From: Candidatus Fermentibacteraceae bacterium
GTDB lineage: Bacteria; Fermentibacterota; Fermentibacteria; Fermentibacterales; JCC-6
Direction: 5' to 3'
Assembly (NCBI GenBank): GCA_030592635.1
Contig: JAUVIS010000001.1
Span: forward strand, 1-55,186
DNA: 55,186 nucleotides
The notes beneath the pieces were generated by a model. It did no database searches and was not told the origin of the DNA. It worked only from the letters and a program-made list of their open reading frames with translations. Shown here in pieces: positions 8,519-18,030 of this stretch. Both the position numbers and the translations under genes were made by a program. Positions within the stretch are counted from its first letter, which is position 1; every line of letters begins with the position of its first letter.

Positions 8519-9226
8519 TTAAAATTGTTCAGCGAACAGGGAAAAGGACTGAGAGGTAAGTTCGATATCTCTGTTTCCATCTGAAATACCCTGAGCAAGA
8601 TCCCACAGGCAGAGAAGACCGTACCCGAAAAGTTTTCTGCTGAAGGAAATCACCAGTGGCACCGATGAATCATCAACTGAAAGATGAAGACTTACCATCT
8701 TTTCTCCGGGACGCCATGTATCGGGAAGTCTTCCTCCGGTGGGCCACACAGAAAACACCAGTTTCAGTTCGGGAGCTGACGGTTCCGGTCTGTCAAGCAT
8801 ATCAATAAACCGGGTCATGTCACCGCCCAGATGATGAATGGCTGCTCTGATCTGAGAAGTTGTTCTAACTGGATTGGCAGACGGGTCAGGCAGGGCTGTT
8901 AAAAAATCGATGCCGTCCTCCCGCCTGTAGCCAAGTTCCAGAAGTGAGGAAGCTTCTCTGGCGCAGGCGGCAAGAAGGGCGGACGCGCCCGCCGGGGGCA
9001 GTATAGTACTTGAGACCGATTCATCCGTCCACAGATTGACCTGGCGGAAAATACTCCTGACCCTCTCCCCCGACGGAGTTCTTGAAATGTCTGTAATGGT
9101 CTGATGAAGCCTTGGCAGTTGTGGAACCCGTACTCCGGATCTGCCAAGGGCAGAACGAGCGACAGCGCGTTTAAAGAGGTTTTCCAGATCATCCAGCCTG
9201 TGCAGTTCCGCGGGAAATTTTACCAA
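8519..9226 (-). CDS. Hypothetical protein
   Basis: 235-aa ORF co-directional with xerD and overlapping its stop by 7 nt. No recognisable motifs. Confidence 0.55.
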   Translation of the reverse strand: MVKFPAELHRLDDLENLFKRAVARSALGRSGVRVPQLPRLHQTITDISRTPSGERVRSIFRQVNLWTDESVSSTILPPAGASALLAACAREASSLLELGYRREDGIDFLTALPDPSANPVRTTSQIRAAIHHLGGDMTRFIDMLDRPEPSAPELKLVFSVWPTGGRLPDTWRPGEKMVSLHLSVDDSSVPLVISFSRKLFGYGLLCLWDLAQGISDGNRDIELTSQSFSLFAEQF

Positions 9227-10110
9227 GTTCCTGTCTCCCTGGGATGGTATTTTTTTACAGCGTCAGAAAGTCGTTTCCGGCTCACTGAAGTATATATCTC
9301 CGTGGTTCGAATGTCAGAGTGTCCCAGAAGCTCCTGCACAACTCTGAGATCAGCTCCTCCTTCAAGCAGATGAGTGGCGAACGAATGCCTGAGAGTATGG
9401 GGATGAATCCTGGATGCTGTTCCCGCCTTCAGCGCTGAGCTGCACACGATATTCCAGACAGTCATTCGAGAAAGAGGGTTGCCGTTTTTTGTAAGAAACA
9501 CCGTTTTCCCGCTGTGGCTTCCAGATATAGAAGCCCTCCACCTGTCGAGATAGATGCCCAGCCACTCCACAGAGGGCTGGCTCATGGGAACCATCCTCTC
9601 CTTCGCTCCCTTTCCCTGCGGACGCACCCATCCTTCATCCAGACTGAGCCTGTCAATTGTCAGAGAAACAAGCTCCCCTTCCCGCAAACCGGAACCATAG
9701 GCGAGCTCCATAAGAGCCCGGTTCCGGGCAGAGAGGGCGTCTCCGGCAGTCCAGACTTCGATAAGCAGAATCACCTCTTCCACCGAAATACAATGAGGCA
9801 TCCGATATGTCCTTGCGGGCGGTCGGAGTCCAGCCGCGGGACTCGATGTGATTATCTCCCTGCGGGTCAGATATGAGTAAAACGCTCTCAGAGAGGAAAG
9901 CTTCCTTGCTATGGTTGAGGACGCCAGCCCCTGTTTTGAGAGGTGCTGGAGCCACTGCCCCAGCTCCGCTGAATCGGAAAGAACAATATCCCCGATAAAT
10001 CCGGCAGCTTCAATCAAATCCCGCCTGTATGCGGAAACAGTATTGGGCGAAAGATTTCTTGCGAGTACTGCCCACGCAAGGAAACCATCAAGATGTTCGT
10101 CCGTGTTCAT
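9220..10110 (-). CDS. xerD: Tyrosine site-specific recombinase, XerC/XerD family
   Basis: N-terminal SAM-like core-binding region (LSPNTVSAYRRDL). C-terminal catalytic motifs HTLRHSFATHLLEGGADLRVVQELLGHSDIRTTEIYTSV. Assigning XerD rather than XerC is tentative. Confidence 0.88.
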   Translation of the reverse strand: MNTDEHLDGFLAWAVLARNLSPNTVSAYRRDLIEAAGFIGDIVLSDSAELGQWLQHLSKQGLASSTIARKLSSLRAFYSYLTRREIITSSPAAGLRPPARTYRMPHCISVEEVILLIEVWTAGDALSARNRALMELAYGSGLREGELVSLTIDRLSLDEGWVRPQGKGAKERMVPMSQPSVEWLGIYLDRWRASISGSHSGKTVFLTKNGNPLSRMTVWNIVCSSALKAGTASRIHPHTLRHSFATHLLEGGADLRVVQELLGHSDIRTTEIYTSVSRKRLSDAVKKYHPRETGTW

Positions 10111-11197
10111 TCAACCACCCAAACAGGGATCTTCCCGGAACCGGGTCTGCATTGGAAGAATATCCTGGAACAAGAGATATTGGAACTCCATGATCAGCAA
10201 GTTCTGACATGGCGACAAGGGCATCAATCCGCTCACTGAAGCCTGTTAATGCCACAGGAGCATTCCTGATAAGCTGGTGTGCCCTTTCAGGAGAGAAGTC
10301 AAGGGACTCGCACAACACATTCTGAACTCTCTCTCTCTCTTCAGAAGCCACCGGGAAAAGGTATATCAGGACAGTCTTTACTGATTGCCTGTGTTCAGGG
10401 GGAATGAAATTCAGTTGTTCTGCCGGAACAATTGCTGGAACTGAAGCAGCGGGCACAGTAAACTTGAGAATGTATGGCCGGAGATCGGCGGATCCCTCAG
10501 CTGAATCTTCCTCCACCACTGAAGGAATTGCAGTCTGCTGCAGAGAAGGAGGCAGGAAATCAACTATGCCAGGTTGAATATTACCCTGTGAGCCTGCCTG
10601 AAAGTCGGCATCCGACACCACAGGAGGAATACTGCTGCAGGTAACAGAAGATATTTGTTCCGCGCTCCCTGAAGAAGAATCAGGTGCAGTCTTTCTTTCG
10701 GAAACTGCTTTGCCGGAAGGCGGTGAATGATACTTTCTGCTTGATATGCCGATCAGATCCCCGGGAGACCGGATATCCACTATTCCCCCGGCCCTTTCCA
10801 GTATTTTTTTTATGGATTCTGCCGCAGCCCTGTCCGCATCTGATTTAAGCGCGATGGGAATGCATGCCAGAAACCGGATAACTTCCTCCGCGGGCAGACG
10901 GCTCAGTTTTTGAAGAGCGATCCTCAGCCTGCCGCGACTGCCGGGGCGATACCCCATAAGAACAGGTACGCAAGCCACCTCGTCCCGCTGCGTATAAATC
11001 TGTACTGAACCATCATTGGGCAACTCTGTCGAGAGGGCATGCGCTCTTTCCCTGGAAAGCCCTGTCTGGAGCACAAGGCCGCCGGGAGAGTCCAGCATCT
11101 CTCGAACAGAATCAATCGTTTTACCTGTTCTCGCGTACAAAACGGCAAGAATCCTGCCTGATGGATTGCTTCCCCTTAAAACAATTTTCCAGAACAT
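10088..11197 (-). CDS. Hypothetical protein with three small alpha/beta repeat modules and a Pro/Ser-rich linker
   Basis: 369-aa ORF. Three modules resemble each other (about aa 1-70, 88-145 and 290-350) and loosely resemble the ribosomal L7/L12 C-terminal fold pattern. Confidence 0.6.
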   Translation of the reverse strand: MFWKIVLRGSNPSGRILAVLYARTGKTIDSVREMLDSPGGLVLQTGLSRERAHALSTELPNDGSVQIYTQRDEVACVPVLMGYRPGSRGRLRIALQKLSRLPAEEVIRFLACIPIALKSDADRAAAESIKKILERAGGIVDIRSPGDLIGISSRKYHSPPSGKAVSERKTAPDSSSGSAEQISSVTCSSIPPVVSDADFQAGSQGNIQPGIVDFLPPSLQQTAIPSVVEEDSAEGSADLRPYILKFTVPAASVPAIVPAEQLNFIPPEHRQSVKTVLIYLFPVASEERERVQNVLCESLDFSPERAHQLIRNAPVALTGFSERIDALVAMSELADHGVPISLVPGYSSNADPVPGRSLFGWLNEHGRTS

Positions 11198-11207
11198 TCC
11201 CGCAGCC

Positions 11208-12212
11208 TCAATCCACCTGACTCCTGCTGAGATAAAGTTTGTCTCCCAGCTCTATCAGGTCTGCGGTTCTTGTACTGACTATCAGGGCAGCACAGCTTCT
11301 TGCCTCTGTTGTAAGAATTACAACATCAGCGATTGGAATTTCGGCTGTGGAAACCCACTGGTCGTCAACATCTCTGACCTGCTCACTGGCTGTGTAGGCA
11401 GTAAACACATCCCCGGGGCTGATTCCCTGAGAGCTGCCTGCGCTGAGATAAATAACATCATAAGTGTAAGCGCAGTCTCTGTCAGGATCTCTGAAACCAA
11501 GTACCCACAGCTGTCCTCTGTCAACTCCAGGCTCGTTACGGATATGAATATCTCCCGCGGCCTGGTAGGGTACAATAAAGTCACCTTCAAATATCGGGAG
11601 ATAACCGTGTCGTACTTTTGCTATGGAAGTGGAGGGTGTAGTATTCTCCACCTGACAAACTCCCGCCACCCTGATTACATGGCCTCTGTTGCCGGTATCG
11701 GGATCTTCAACTTCTTCACACTCGCGGAGGATATGGTAAACTCTGCCGACCTCGACACCCTGGTCAGCGCCGAAATCAAGCTCCAGCAAGTCACCGGGAA
11801 GTGCGGTGAGATGTCTGTAAACACCCTCCTCTTCCGCGTTTGTAGCAAGGATGTATCCCTCGGGATTCAGGGGGGAATAGCTGATAAAGCCGGCTGTCTC
11901 TCTCTGAAGGCGGGAAAGAACCGGTTCACTTGATCTGATCAGCACTGCTCCCTCCGGAATTTCAGTTACATATCTTGTTGAAGCGGATTCAGAAGTCGCT
12001 CCGGTGATATCGGGAATATGAAGTACCATTCCCGGTACCAGGTATTCAGCGCCACGCAAATCAGGATTGGCTTCAAGAATATCTACCCATTTTTCCCATG
12101 TACCGTAGTAGTGTACTGAAATATCAGAGAGGGTATCACCGTAACCAACAACATACTCACCCGCGACCGATGCAGTTGCAAGTAAGACAAACAAAAGAGT
12201 AACATACCTCAC
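11208..12212 (-). CDS. LysM domain-containing secreted protein
   Basis: Signal peptide MRYVTLLFVLLATASVAG, followed by the LysM motif YVVGYGDTLSDISVHYYG...ILEANP...LVPGMVLHIP. Confidence 0.8.
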   Translation of the reverse strand: MRYVTLLFVLLATASVAGEYVVGYGDTLSDISVHYYGTWEKWVDILEANPDLRGAEYLVPGMVLHIPDITGATSESASTRYVTEIPEGAVLIRSSEPVLSRLQRETAGFISYSPLNPEGYILATNAEEEGVYRHLTALPGDLLELDFGADQGVEVGRVYHILRECEEVEDPDTGNRGHVIRVAGVCQVENTTPSTSIAKVRHGYLPIFEGDFIVPYQAAGDIHIRNEPGVDRGQLWVLGFRDPDRDCAYTYDVIYLSAGSSQGISPGDVFTAYTASEQVRDVDDQWVSTAEIPIADVVILTTEARSCAALIVSTRTADLIELGDKLYLSRSQVD

Positions 12213-12309
12213 CAGCTCACCTCCAGCTCTATTAGTAATAGCGCATTCTCCAATATCATAACTTCATAAATTCTAAACTAAGAGCCATGGGTAAGTCAAC
12301 CTGTTGATT

Positions 12310-13029
12310 TTACCTGCCTGCCGGATAAAACACAACTGTACCCGGTCGGCTGGCGATTGTACCGGCTTTTACCGCTACTGTGTAAACTCCCCTGGAGCCC
12401 ATACTGCCTTCCAGAGGGACATTAACAGCAAGCATCAGAATACCGGGGCATGGAGATTCGCCAACCCAGCAACTGCCTGCAGCCACAGGCTGACCGTCTT
12501 CCCCCACCCGAAAGACAAGCTGACCGGAAGTTGCACCGGGAACCCTCGCGACAGAGGAGGAGTACTTTTCCTGCCCCTGCGGGGTGGAAGTGCCCGTTTC
12601 AGTCACTATTGTTCCAGTGCCCTGAAGAGAAAGCATTTCACCCTGTTCCAGTTCAATACCGGTGTTCAACCATCCCAGTGCGGCATCAACAGTGAATGTC
12701 TCCTGATCAATATCAGAATCTCCCCATACGATCAGGTAAACAGAATCCACGGGAACAGAGCTGGAGCCTGATCTGACAATTCCATTGGATGCTGTTATCT
12801 CCCCCGCAAAAGTTCTTCCGTCGAGACACCAGATGCGTCCATGGCCAGGTACATCTGTCGATCCCCCGGAGAAAACTGCCACTCCCGAGCCGATTGTCTG
12901 AAGTTCTCCCTCTAGAACTGTCCCATCCGCGGCTACCAGAAAATCGCCCGTTCCTTCCATGCATGCGGCAGAAATGAGAAAAGTCGCGATTACAATCAAA
13001 GTTGAATTAATTTGTCTCAATCTAGTCAC
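12310..13029 (-). CDS. Putative lipoprotein, beta-rich, function unknown
   Basis: Signal sequence with a lipobox-like LISAAC. 239-aa ORF whose start overlaps the lon stop by 8 nt. Confidence 0.65.
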   Translation of the reverse strand: MTRLRQINSTLIVIATFLISAACMEGTGDFLVAADGTVLEGELQTIGSGVAVFSGGSTDVPGHGRIWCLDGRTFAGEITASNGIVRSGSSSVPVDSVYLIVWGDSDIDQETFTVDAALGWLNTGIELEQGEMLSLQGTGTIVTETGTSTPQGQEKYSSSVARVPGATSGQLVFRVGEDGQPVAAGSCWVGESPCPGILMLAVNVPLEGSMGSRGVYTVAVKAGTIASRPGTVVFYPAGR

Positions 13030-15316
13030 TCCAGATAATCAGGTGATCCATTGCCTGACCGATTTCGGAAACGGGCACAAATTCCATAGCGTCTCTCTGA
13101 GCCCCTGGTACATCCTCAAGATCCCTCAGGTTCTCCTCTGGAAGTAAAACCTTCTCTATGCCGGCGGAAAGGGCACCGAGAACCTTTTCCTTGACGCCCC
13201 CAACGGGAAGCACCGCTCCACGGAGAGTAATCTCGCCGGTAACGGCAGTTCTGTTCCTGACCGGTTTCCCACTCAAAGCACTGAGAATTGAAGCTGTTAA
13301 TGCCACCCCCGCCGATGGTCCATCCTTGGGAGTAGCGCCGGCGGGAACATGAACATGTATGTCAAATTCAGCCGGATCATGAAGCAGATCCTTCCTGGAA
13401 GCTCTTATCCAGCTGAGTGCCGCCTGGGCGGATTCCTTCATTACATCGCCGAGCTGACCCGTAAGAATCAGCTTCCCGCTGCCGGGGAGCAGAAGAGTCT
13501 CTATCATAAGGATCTCGCCTCCCACAGCTGTCCATGCAAGGCCGGTGGCCACTCCAACTGCCGGTTCAGCAAGACTGGATTCCCTGGTATACTTCCATGA
13601 GCCGAGATAGTCAGAAACACTTTTTTCGGTTATCGTTGCCATTCTCAAGTCACCGCCTGCCACTTTGACCGCGCGTTTCCTGCAGATGGCACCGATAGAA
13701 CGCTCAAGTTCTCTTACTCCAGCTTCCCGGGTATAGCGTTTTACAATGCAACGCAGACCGCTTTCCCTGAATCGTATCAGGTTGCCCGAAAGACCGGTTC
13801 TCTCAACCTGTCTTTTCACCAGGTATCTCCGGGCGATCTCAAATTTATCATCCTCTGTGTATCCGGGAATGCGGATTATTTCCATTCGATCGCGAAGGGG
13901 ATCTGGAATCGTGTCAAGTGTGTTTGCTGTTGTTATAAACTTCACAAAGCTGAGATCGAACGGGGTATTCAAGTAGTTGTCTCTGAATGAAAAGTTCTGC
14001 TCCGGATCAAGTACTTCCAGCAGAGCAGAGGTGGGATCTCCTCTGTAATCTCTTCCGATCTTGTCTATCTCATCCAGCATGAATACTGGATTGGATGTAC
14101 CTGCTTCCTTAAGGCTCTGTATAATTCTTCCCGGCATTGCTCCTATGTAAGTCTTTCTGTGCCCTCTGATTTCCGCTTCATCGTGAACTCCCCCGAGGCT
14201 CAGTCTGACAAACTTCCTTCCAAGAGCTCTGGCAATGGATTTGCCCATGCTGGTTTTGCCAACACCCGGAGGTCCCACAAAGCAGATAATGGGTGCCTTG
14301 CCGTCAGGATTAAGTTTTCGAACCGCAAGGAACTCAAGGACCCTCTCCTTAACATCTTTGAGGTCGTAATGATCCTCATTGAGAATTCTCCCTGCCTCAC
14401 TAATATCAAGCCGATCCCTGGTTCTATCCATCCAGGGCAGTTGAAGTATCCACTCAATGTAACTTCTGGCCACTCCCGCTTCAGGAGAGCCGGGATGAAG
14501 TTTTGCCAGCCTTTTCAGCTCTTCTTCAGCAGCTGTGGCGGCTGACTCCGGAAGCTCCTTCTTCGACAGTTTTTCCGAAAGTTCCGAAACATCCGGATTA
14601 ATTAATGTTCCACCGAGTTCCTTCTGTATTACCTTCATTTTCTCCTTGAGGTAATACTCTTTCTGATCCTGCTCCATCTCCATCCTGACCTGACCTTCGA
14701 TGTGCTCTCGAAGCTTCAGTCTCTGAATCTCATAGTTCATCATGGATCTGAGCAGTCGGAACCTGAGGATAATGCTGTCCTCCTCAAGGAACATCTGCTT
14801 TCTGAATACAGGAGCTTCGAGACCGCTGGCGGCAACAAAGCCGAGTCTCTCCGGGTCACGGAGAAGTGTAATAAGCTGAAGCTCATCGGGAATTCCGGGA
14901 GTAAGTTCCATTATCTTCCGCAACTGTATTTCAATGGATCTGCGCCAGGCTTCCAGTTCATCCGCGTCATCCGGGTATGTGGTGCTGAGCCTCTGTACCC
15001 TTGCGCTGGCGATGTTGTCTATTTCCAGATTCTCAATGATTTTGAATCTGTACAGACCCTTGAGTGTAAGCCTTACCACATCTCCCGGAAAGCGGTACAG
15101 CTTCATTATTCCCGCGGCCGTACCCACGGAATAGCGCTCACCGGACGGAGACTCCGCCACTACTCCGATAATTTTGTTTCCTCTCACCGCGTGATCTATC
15201 ATGGCAATCATGTCAGGATCGGTTACTGTCAGGGGCAAAACTGTATAGGGCATAAGAATACCCTGATCGAACAGATGAATCGGTATGATTTCGGGTATAT
15301 CTCCGCCCTTTGTCAT
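13022..15316 (-). CDS. lon: ATP-dependent Lon protease (La)
   Basis: LON N-terminal domain, AAA+ Walker A GPPGVGKTS, Walker B FMLDEIDK, and protease active-site context PKDGPSAG. Confidence 0.96.
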   Translation of the reverse strand: MTKGGDIPEIIPIHLFDQGILMPYTVLPLTVTDPDMIAMIDHAVRGNKIIGVVAESPSGERYSVGTAAGIMKLYRFPGDVVRLTLKGLYRFKIIENLEIDNIASARVQRLSTTYPDDADELEAWRRSIEIQLRKIMELTPGIPDELQLITLLRDPERLGFVAASGLEAPVFRKQMFLEEDSIILRFRLLRSMMNYEIQRLKLREHIEGQVRMEMEQDQKEYYLKEKMKVIQKELGGTLINPDVSELSEKLSKKELPESAATAAEEELKRLAKLHPGSPEAGVARSYIEWILQLPWMDRTRDRLDISEAGRILNEDHYDLKDVKERVLEFLAVRKLNPDGKAPIICFVGPPGVGKTSMGKSIARALGRKFVRLSLGGVHDEAEIRGHRKTYIGAMPGRIIQSLKEAGTSNPVFMLDEIDKIGRDYRGDPTSALLEVLDPEQNFSFRDNYLNTPFDLSFVKFITTANTLDTIPDPLRDRMEIIRIPGYTEDDKFEIARRYLVKRQVERTGLSGNLIRFRESGLRCIVKRYTREAGVRELERSIGAICRKRAVKVAGGDLRMATITEKSVSDYLGSWKYTRESSLAEPAVGVATGLAWTAVGGEILMIETLLLPGSGKLILTGQLGDVMKESAQAALSWIRASRKDLLHDPAEFDIHVHVPAGATPKDGPSAGVALTASILSALSGKPVRNRTAVTGEITLRGAVLPVGGVKEKVLGALSAGIEKVLLPEENLRDLEDVPGAQRDAMEFVPVSEIGQAMDHLIIWSD

Positions 15317-15660
15317 AGATTTTCCTCAGACTGCACGGGTATGGAAACACTGACCGGTTTTTGTCTCACAAGCCTGATGTGAAGCACACCGAGCTTCAGT
15401 TCGGCGGAAACTCTGGTTGTATCCACTCTGGATGGAAGATGAATCTCCCTCTGAAACCTGCCTGTCTGAATCTCGATAGCCAGTGCGGTTGCATCCCGGC
15501 AGACCGTCTTTCTCACTCCCCATACTCTAACAGCAAGGGGAGTAACCTCCAGCTCTATATCTTCACGATCAATCCCCGGCATCTCCACAAAAACCTCAAG
15601 CCCGTCCGCGGTTCCATACACATCCGCGTGGAGAATCCAGTTGTCTGTGTTCCTGTACAT
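15313..15660 (-). CDS. Hsp20/alpha-crystallin family small heat-shock protein
   Basis: 115 aa with an alpha-crystallin-domain pattern (LEVFVEMPGIDREDIELEV ... REIHLPSRVD ... AELKLGVLHIRL). It has an ATGA overlap with lon. Confidence 0.85.
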   Translation of the reverse strand: MYRNTDNWILHADVYGTADGLEVFVEMPGIDREDIELEVTPLAVRVWGVRKTVCRDATALAIEIQTGRFQREIHLPSRVDTTRVSAELKLGVLHIRLVRQKPVSVSIPVQSEENL

Positions 15661-15667
15661 AAGTTCT

Positions 15668-17977
15668 CTACTCTATATCAAAGCGGACTTGAACCCGTGT
15701 AGTTATCTCGATGGGAACACCACCCTGTGACGCGGGATTAAACACCCACTGGCTCACCGCCGCCCGGGCTGCTGCTCCGCATCCCAGCCCGAGTTCATCG
15801 TTTACAACGGTAACATTCTTTACTGAACCGTCAGCTCCCACAAGAACATCCAGCGTGACATAACCGTGAACATCTCCCATATCTCTGGCGAGACCGGGTA
15901 CCTGGGGCCCAACCTGCGAAATGGGGAACGGAGGTATCACCGGCTGTTCCTCTGCGATCTCCTCAGGCTGATCGGGCAGAACCTCGTCTGCCGTATACCT
16001 GATACTGGCATCTTCTCCCACGACTATGGTAACAGTGCTGGTCTGATCTTCATAGTCAGGGTTGGTGAGTAACACTGTGTGTTCACCCTCTTCAAGATCA
16101 ACAGGCGCCATGGGTGTCTGACCCATGCTCACGCCGTCTATTGTCACATTAGCCCAGGGTTCCGGCGCGATGAGAAGCCTTCCCGTAGTAGAGATTTCAA
16201 CTGGAGAAACCGTTGCGCTGTATCCATCGGCAGTCAGCGTAATAGTTCTTGCCCAGCTTTCGTAGTTTTCCACTTCCACGCGCAGTGAGTGCGTTCCAAA
16301 CGGAAGAACTTCACTGATCCGGCGAACACCTGCACCAACTCTGTCACCATCAATGAAAAATACCGCGGAACCGGGAATATCTCCGGCAAGGGCGAGAGTG
16401 ACCTGCGACTCCTCCTGGGAAAGCAGCGAGAGAGAAATTTGAAGAGCTTCTTCCGAATAATCCACAAGGATTGATTCAGGAACTGAGTTGTACCCTTCCA
16501 GGACTGCCTGGAATACATACATTCCAGTGCTGAGATTGATTGAACTCTCAACTTCTTCCCCGTCAACAAACCAGGTAACTTCTCCGTCATCAGCTCCCGT
16601 AGCCTGCAGGGTAACCTGCACAGTGCTGGTTCCGATTGAGTCGAGGGTTATGGAAAGAGCTGATTCTTCACCGCTCCCGAAAAGCACTTCTTCTCTGTAG
16701 GTCTCGAAGCCCGATGAGCGTACCTCTATGGTTCTCACACCTTCCAAGTCTCCTTCAACAAGGAAGGAGCCATCCAGAAGAACATCCACTGCTTCACCAT
16801 CAATTGTTACAGAATAAGTTTCAAGGCCCTCAACGGTGTAAGAAACACTGTAGGGCTGGAAAACTTCGACTTCCTCAGGTACGATTTCAGGTTCTCCGCC
16901 ACCGAAGGGCTTAAGAACCACAAACACCACGACAAGAGCTATCACCACGAGAACGGCGGCTATCAGAGCGACAGGTTTCTTCTTCTCCGGTTTCTCTTTT
17001 AGTTCATCGGCTTCTACAGCAGGAGCGGCAGCCGGCTCTTTGCTCTTTTTCCCCGAGAGATTTTCCAGCCTGCTAACCAGTTCTTTGATAGTGCTGTTCT
17101 CCGGATGCTTCCTGCCTGCTTTCTCTGCTTCCGCGAGAGCGCCGGAAAAATCACTCCGTGATATTTTCCCTCTGATAGAGGTTATCGCGGCTTCTGCCGG
17201 AGATGTTTTCTCTTTCTCGGGAGTCGGGGGAGGGGTCTCTTCAGCTTGAACAACCTCTTCAACCTCTTCAGTTTCAAGAAGTTCTTCAGCTTCAACAACC
17301 TCTTCGGCCTCGAGTATCTCTTCCTCTTCAAGGACATCCTCAAGCTCCAGTTCCTCAATTTCCTCAACGAGCTCGTCGCTGTCAGCGGATTTGAATTCCT
17401 CCAGCTTGTCAAGAAGATCTGAGAGAACAGGTGCCCCGGGCCATATTTTGAAAATCGCCCTGGCATTCTTGACAGCTGTGACCGGATCTCCATCGTGAAG
17501 CTTGGCAAGTGCCAGATCATACAGATTGTCTGTTTTAATCTGTCGGCGCACTGTGAGAATCTTGCGACGAACCAGCTTGTTATCGGGATCATGGCGTTTG
17601 GCTCGTTCAAGCTCCTGAAGAGCGCGAACTTCATCACCCTGCCTGAAAGCATCCTCAGATCGCGCAATACACTCGTCTACAAAATCGCCCGAACTGACGG
17701 ACTTCCCCGTCTTGTGAGTTCGCGAGTCTCTGGTTTTCCTGAAGTTCCGCATAGCGGAAACTTCCCGCTCAATTTCCGAAATCCTTTTCTTAACCGATTG
17801 GTTGCCCGGGTCAATGTCAAGAACTTTGTGTAATTCGGTAAGCGCTTTCTGCCTCTCGCCCTTTTGAACGAGTTCTTCGGCAGAGTTGATAAGTCGCTGA
17901 ATCCTAGCATTTTCGCTTGCTGCCATGCCCCCCCCAGTGACCCTCCGGAGCCACAAAGAATAGTCGTTTGATAACAA
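15668..17977 (-). CDS. TPR / acidic linker / single TM / PEGA-like repeats / TonB C-terminal domain protein
   Basis: N-terminal TPR-like helices, an E/V/L-rich acidic stretch, the TM segment VALIAAVLVVIALVVVFVVL, and a PEGA-like module (PWANVTIDGVSMGQTP...GEHTVLLTNPDYED). The C-terminal TonB_C pattern is GYVTLDVLVGADGSVKNVTVV...AAARAAVSQWVFNPA. An alternative start at 17926 (MAASEN) is possible. Confidence 0.8.
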   Translation of the reverse strand: MLSNDYSLWLRRVTGGGMAASENARIQRLINSAEELVQKGERQKALTELHKVLDIDPGNQSVKKRISEIEREVSAMRNFRKTRDSRTHKTGKSVSSGDFVDECIARSEDAFRQGDEVRALQELERAKRHDPDNKLVRRKILTVRRQIKTDNLYDLALAKLHDGDPVTAVKNARAIFKIWPGAPVLSDLLDKLEEFKSADSDELVEEIEELELEDVLEEEEILEAEEVVEAEELLETEEVEEVVQAEETPPPTPEKEKTSPAEAAITSIRGKISRSDFSGALAEAEKAGRKHPENSTIKELVSRLENLSGKKSKEPAAAPAVEADELKEKPEKKKPVALIAAVLVVIALVVVFVVLKPFGGGEPEIVPEEVEVFQPYSVSYTVEGLETYSVTIDGEAVDVLLDGSFLVEGDLEGVRTIEVRSSGFETYREEVLFGSGEESALSITLDSIGTSTVQVTLQATGADDGEVTWFVDGEEVESSINLSTGMYVFQAVLEGYNSVPESILVDYSEEALQISLSLLSQEESQVTLALAGDIPGSAVFFIDGDRVGAGVRRISEVLPFGTHSLRVEVENYESWARTITLTADGYSATVSPVEISTTGRLLIAPEPWANVTIDGVSMGQTPMAPVDLEEGEHTVLLTNPDYEDQTSTVTIVVGEDASIRYTADEVLPDQPEEIAEEQPVIPPFPISQVGPQVPGLARDMGDVHGYVTLDVLVGADGSVKNVTVVNDELGLGCGAAARAAVSQWVFNPASQGGVPIEITTRVQVRFDIE

Positions 17978-18030
17978 TCACCCTGCAACACATAAAAGTA
18001 ATAGTCTGAGGAGCGGTGTCAAGCCCCCGT

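Noticed and set aside
9220-10110. XerD-like recombinase as a marker of an integrated mobile element
   Set aside because: I could find no flanking direct repeats, tRNA target, or phage or plasmid genes. The sequence has the chromosomal XerC/D-type motifs and sits among housekeeping genes.
11016-11933. 305-aa plus-strand ORF
   Set aside because: It is antisense to the LysM protein gene and the 3' end of the upstream gene. The minus-strand products have a signal peptide and a LysM motif. The plus-strand product has none.
17180-17400. Repetitive-looking DNA (cctcttca-type imperfect repeats), considered as a tandem repeat or CRISPR-like array
   Set aside because: There is no regular repeat-spacer structure. 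It is simply the coding sequence of an acidic E/V/L-rich low-complexity linker in the TonB-C-domain protein.
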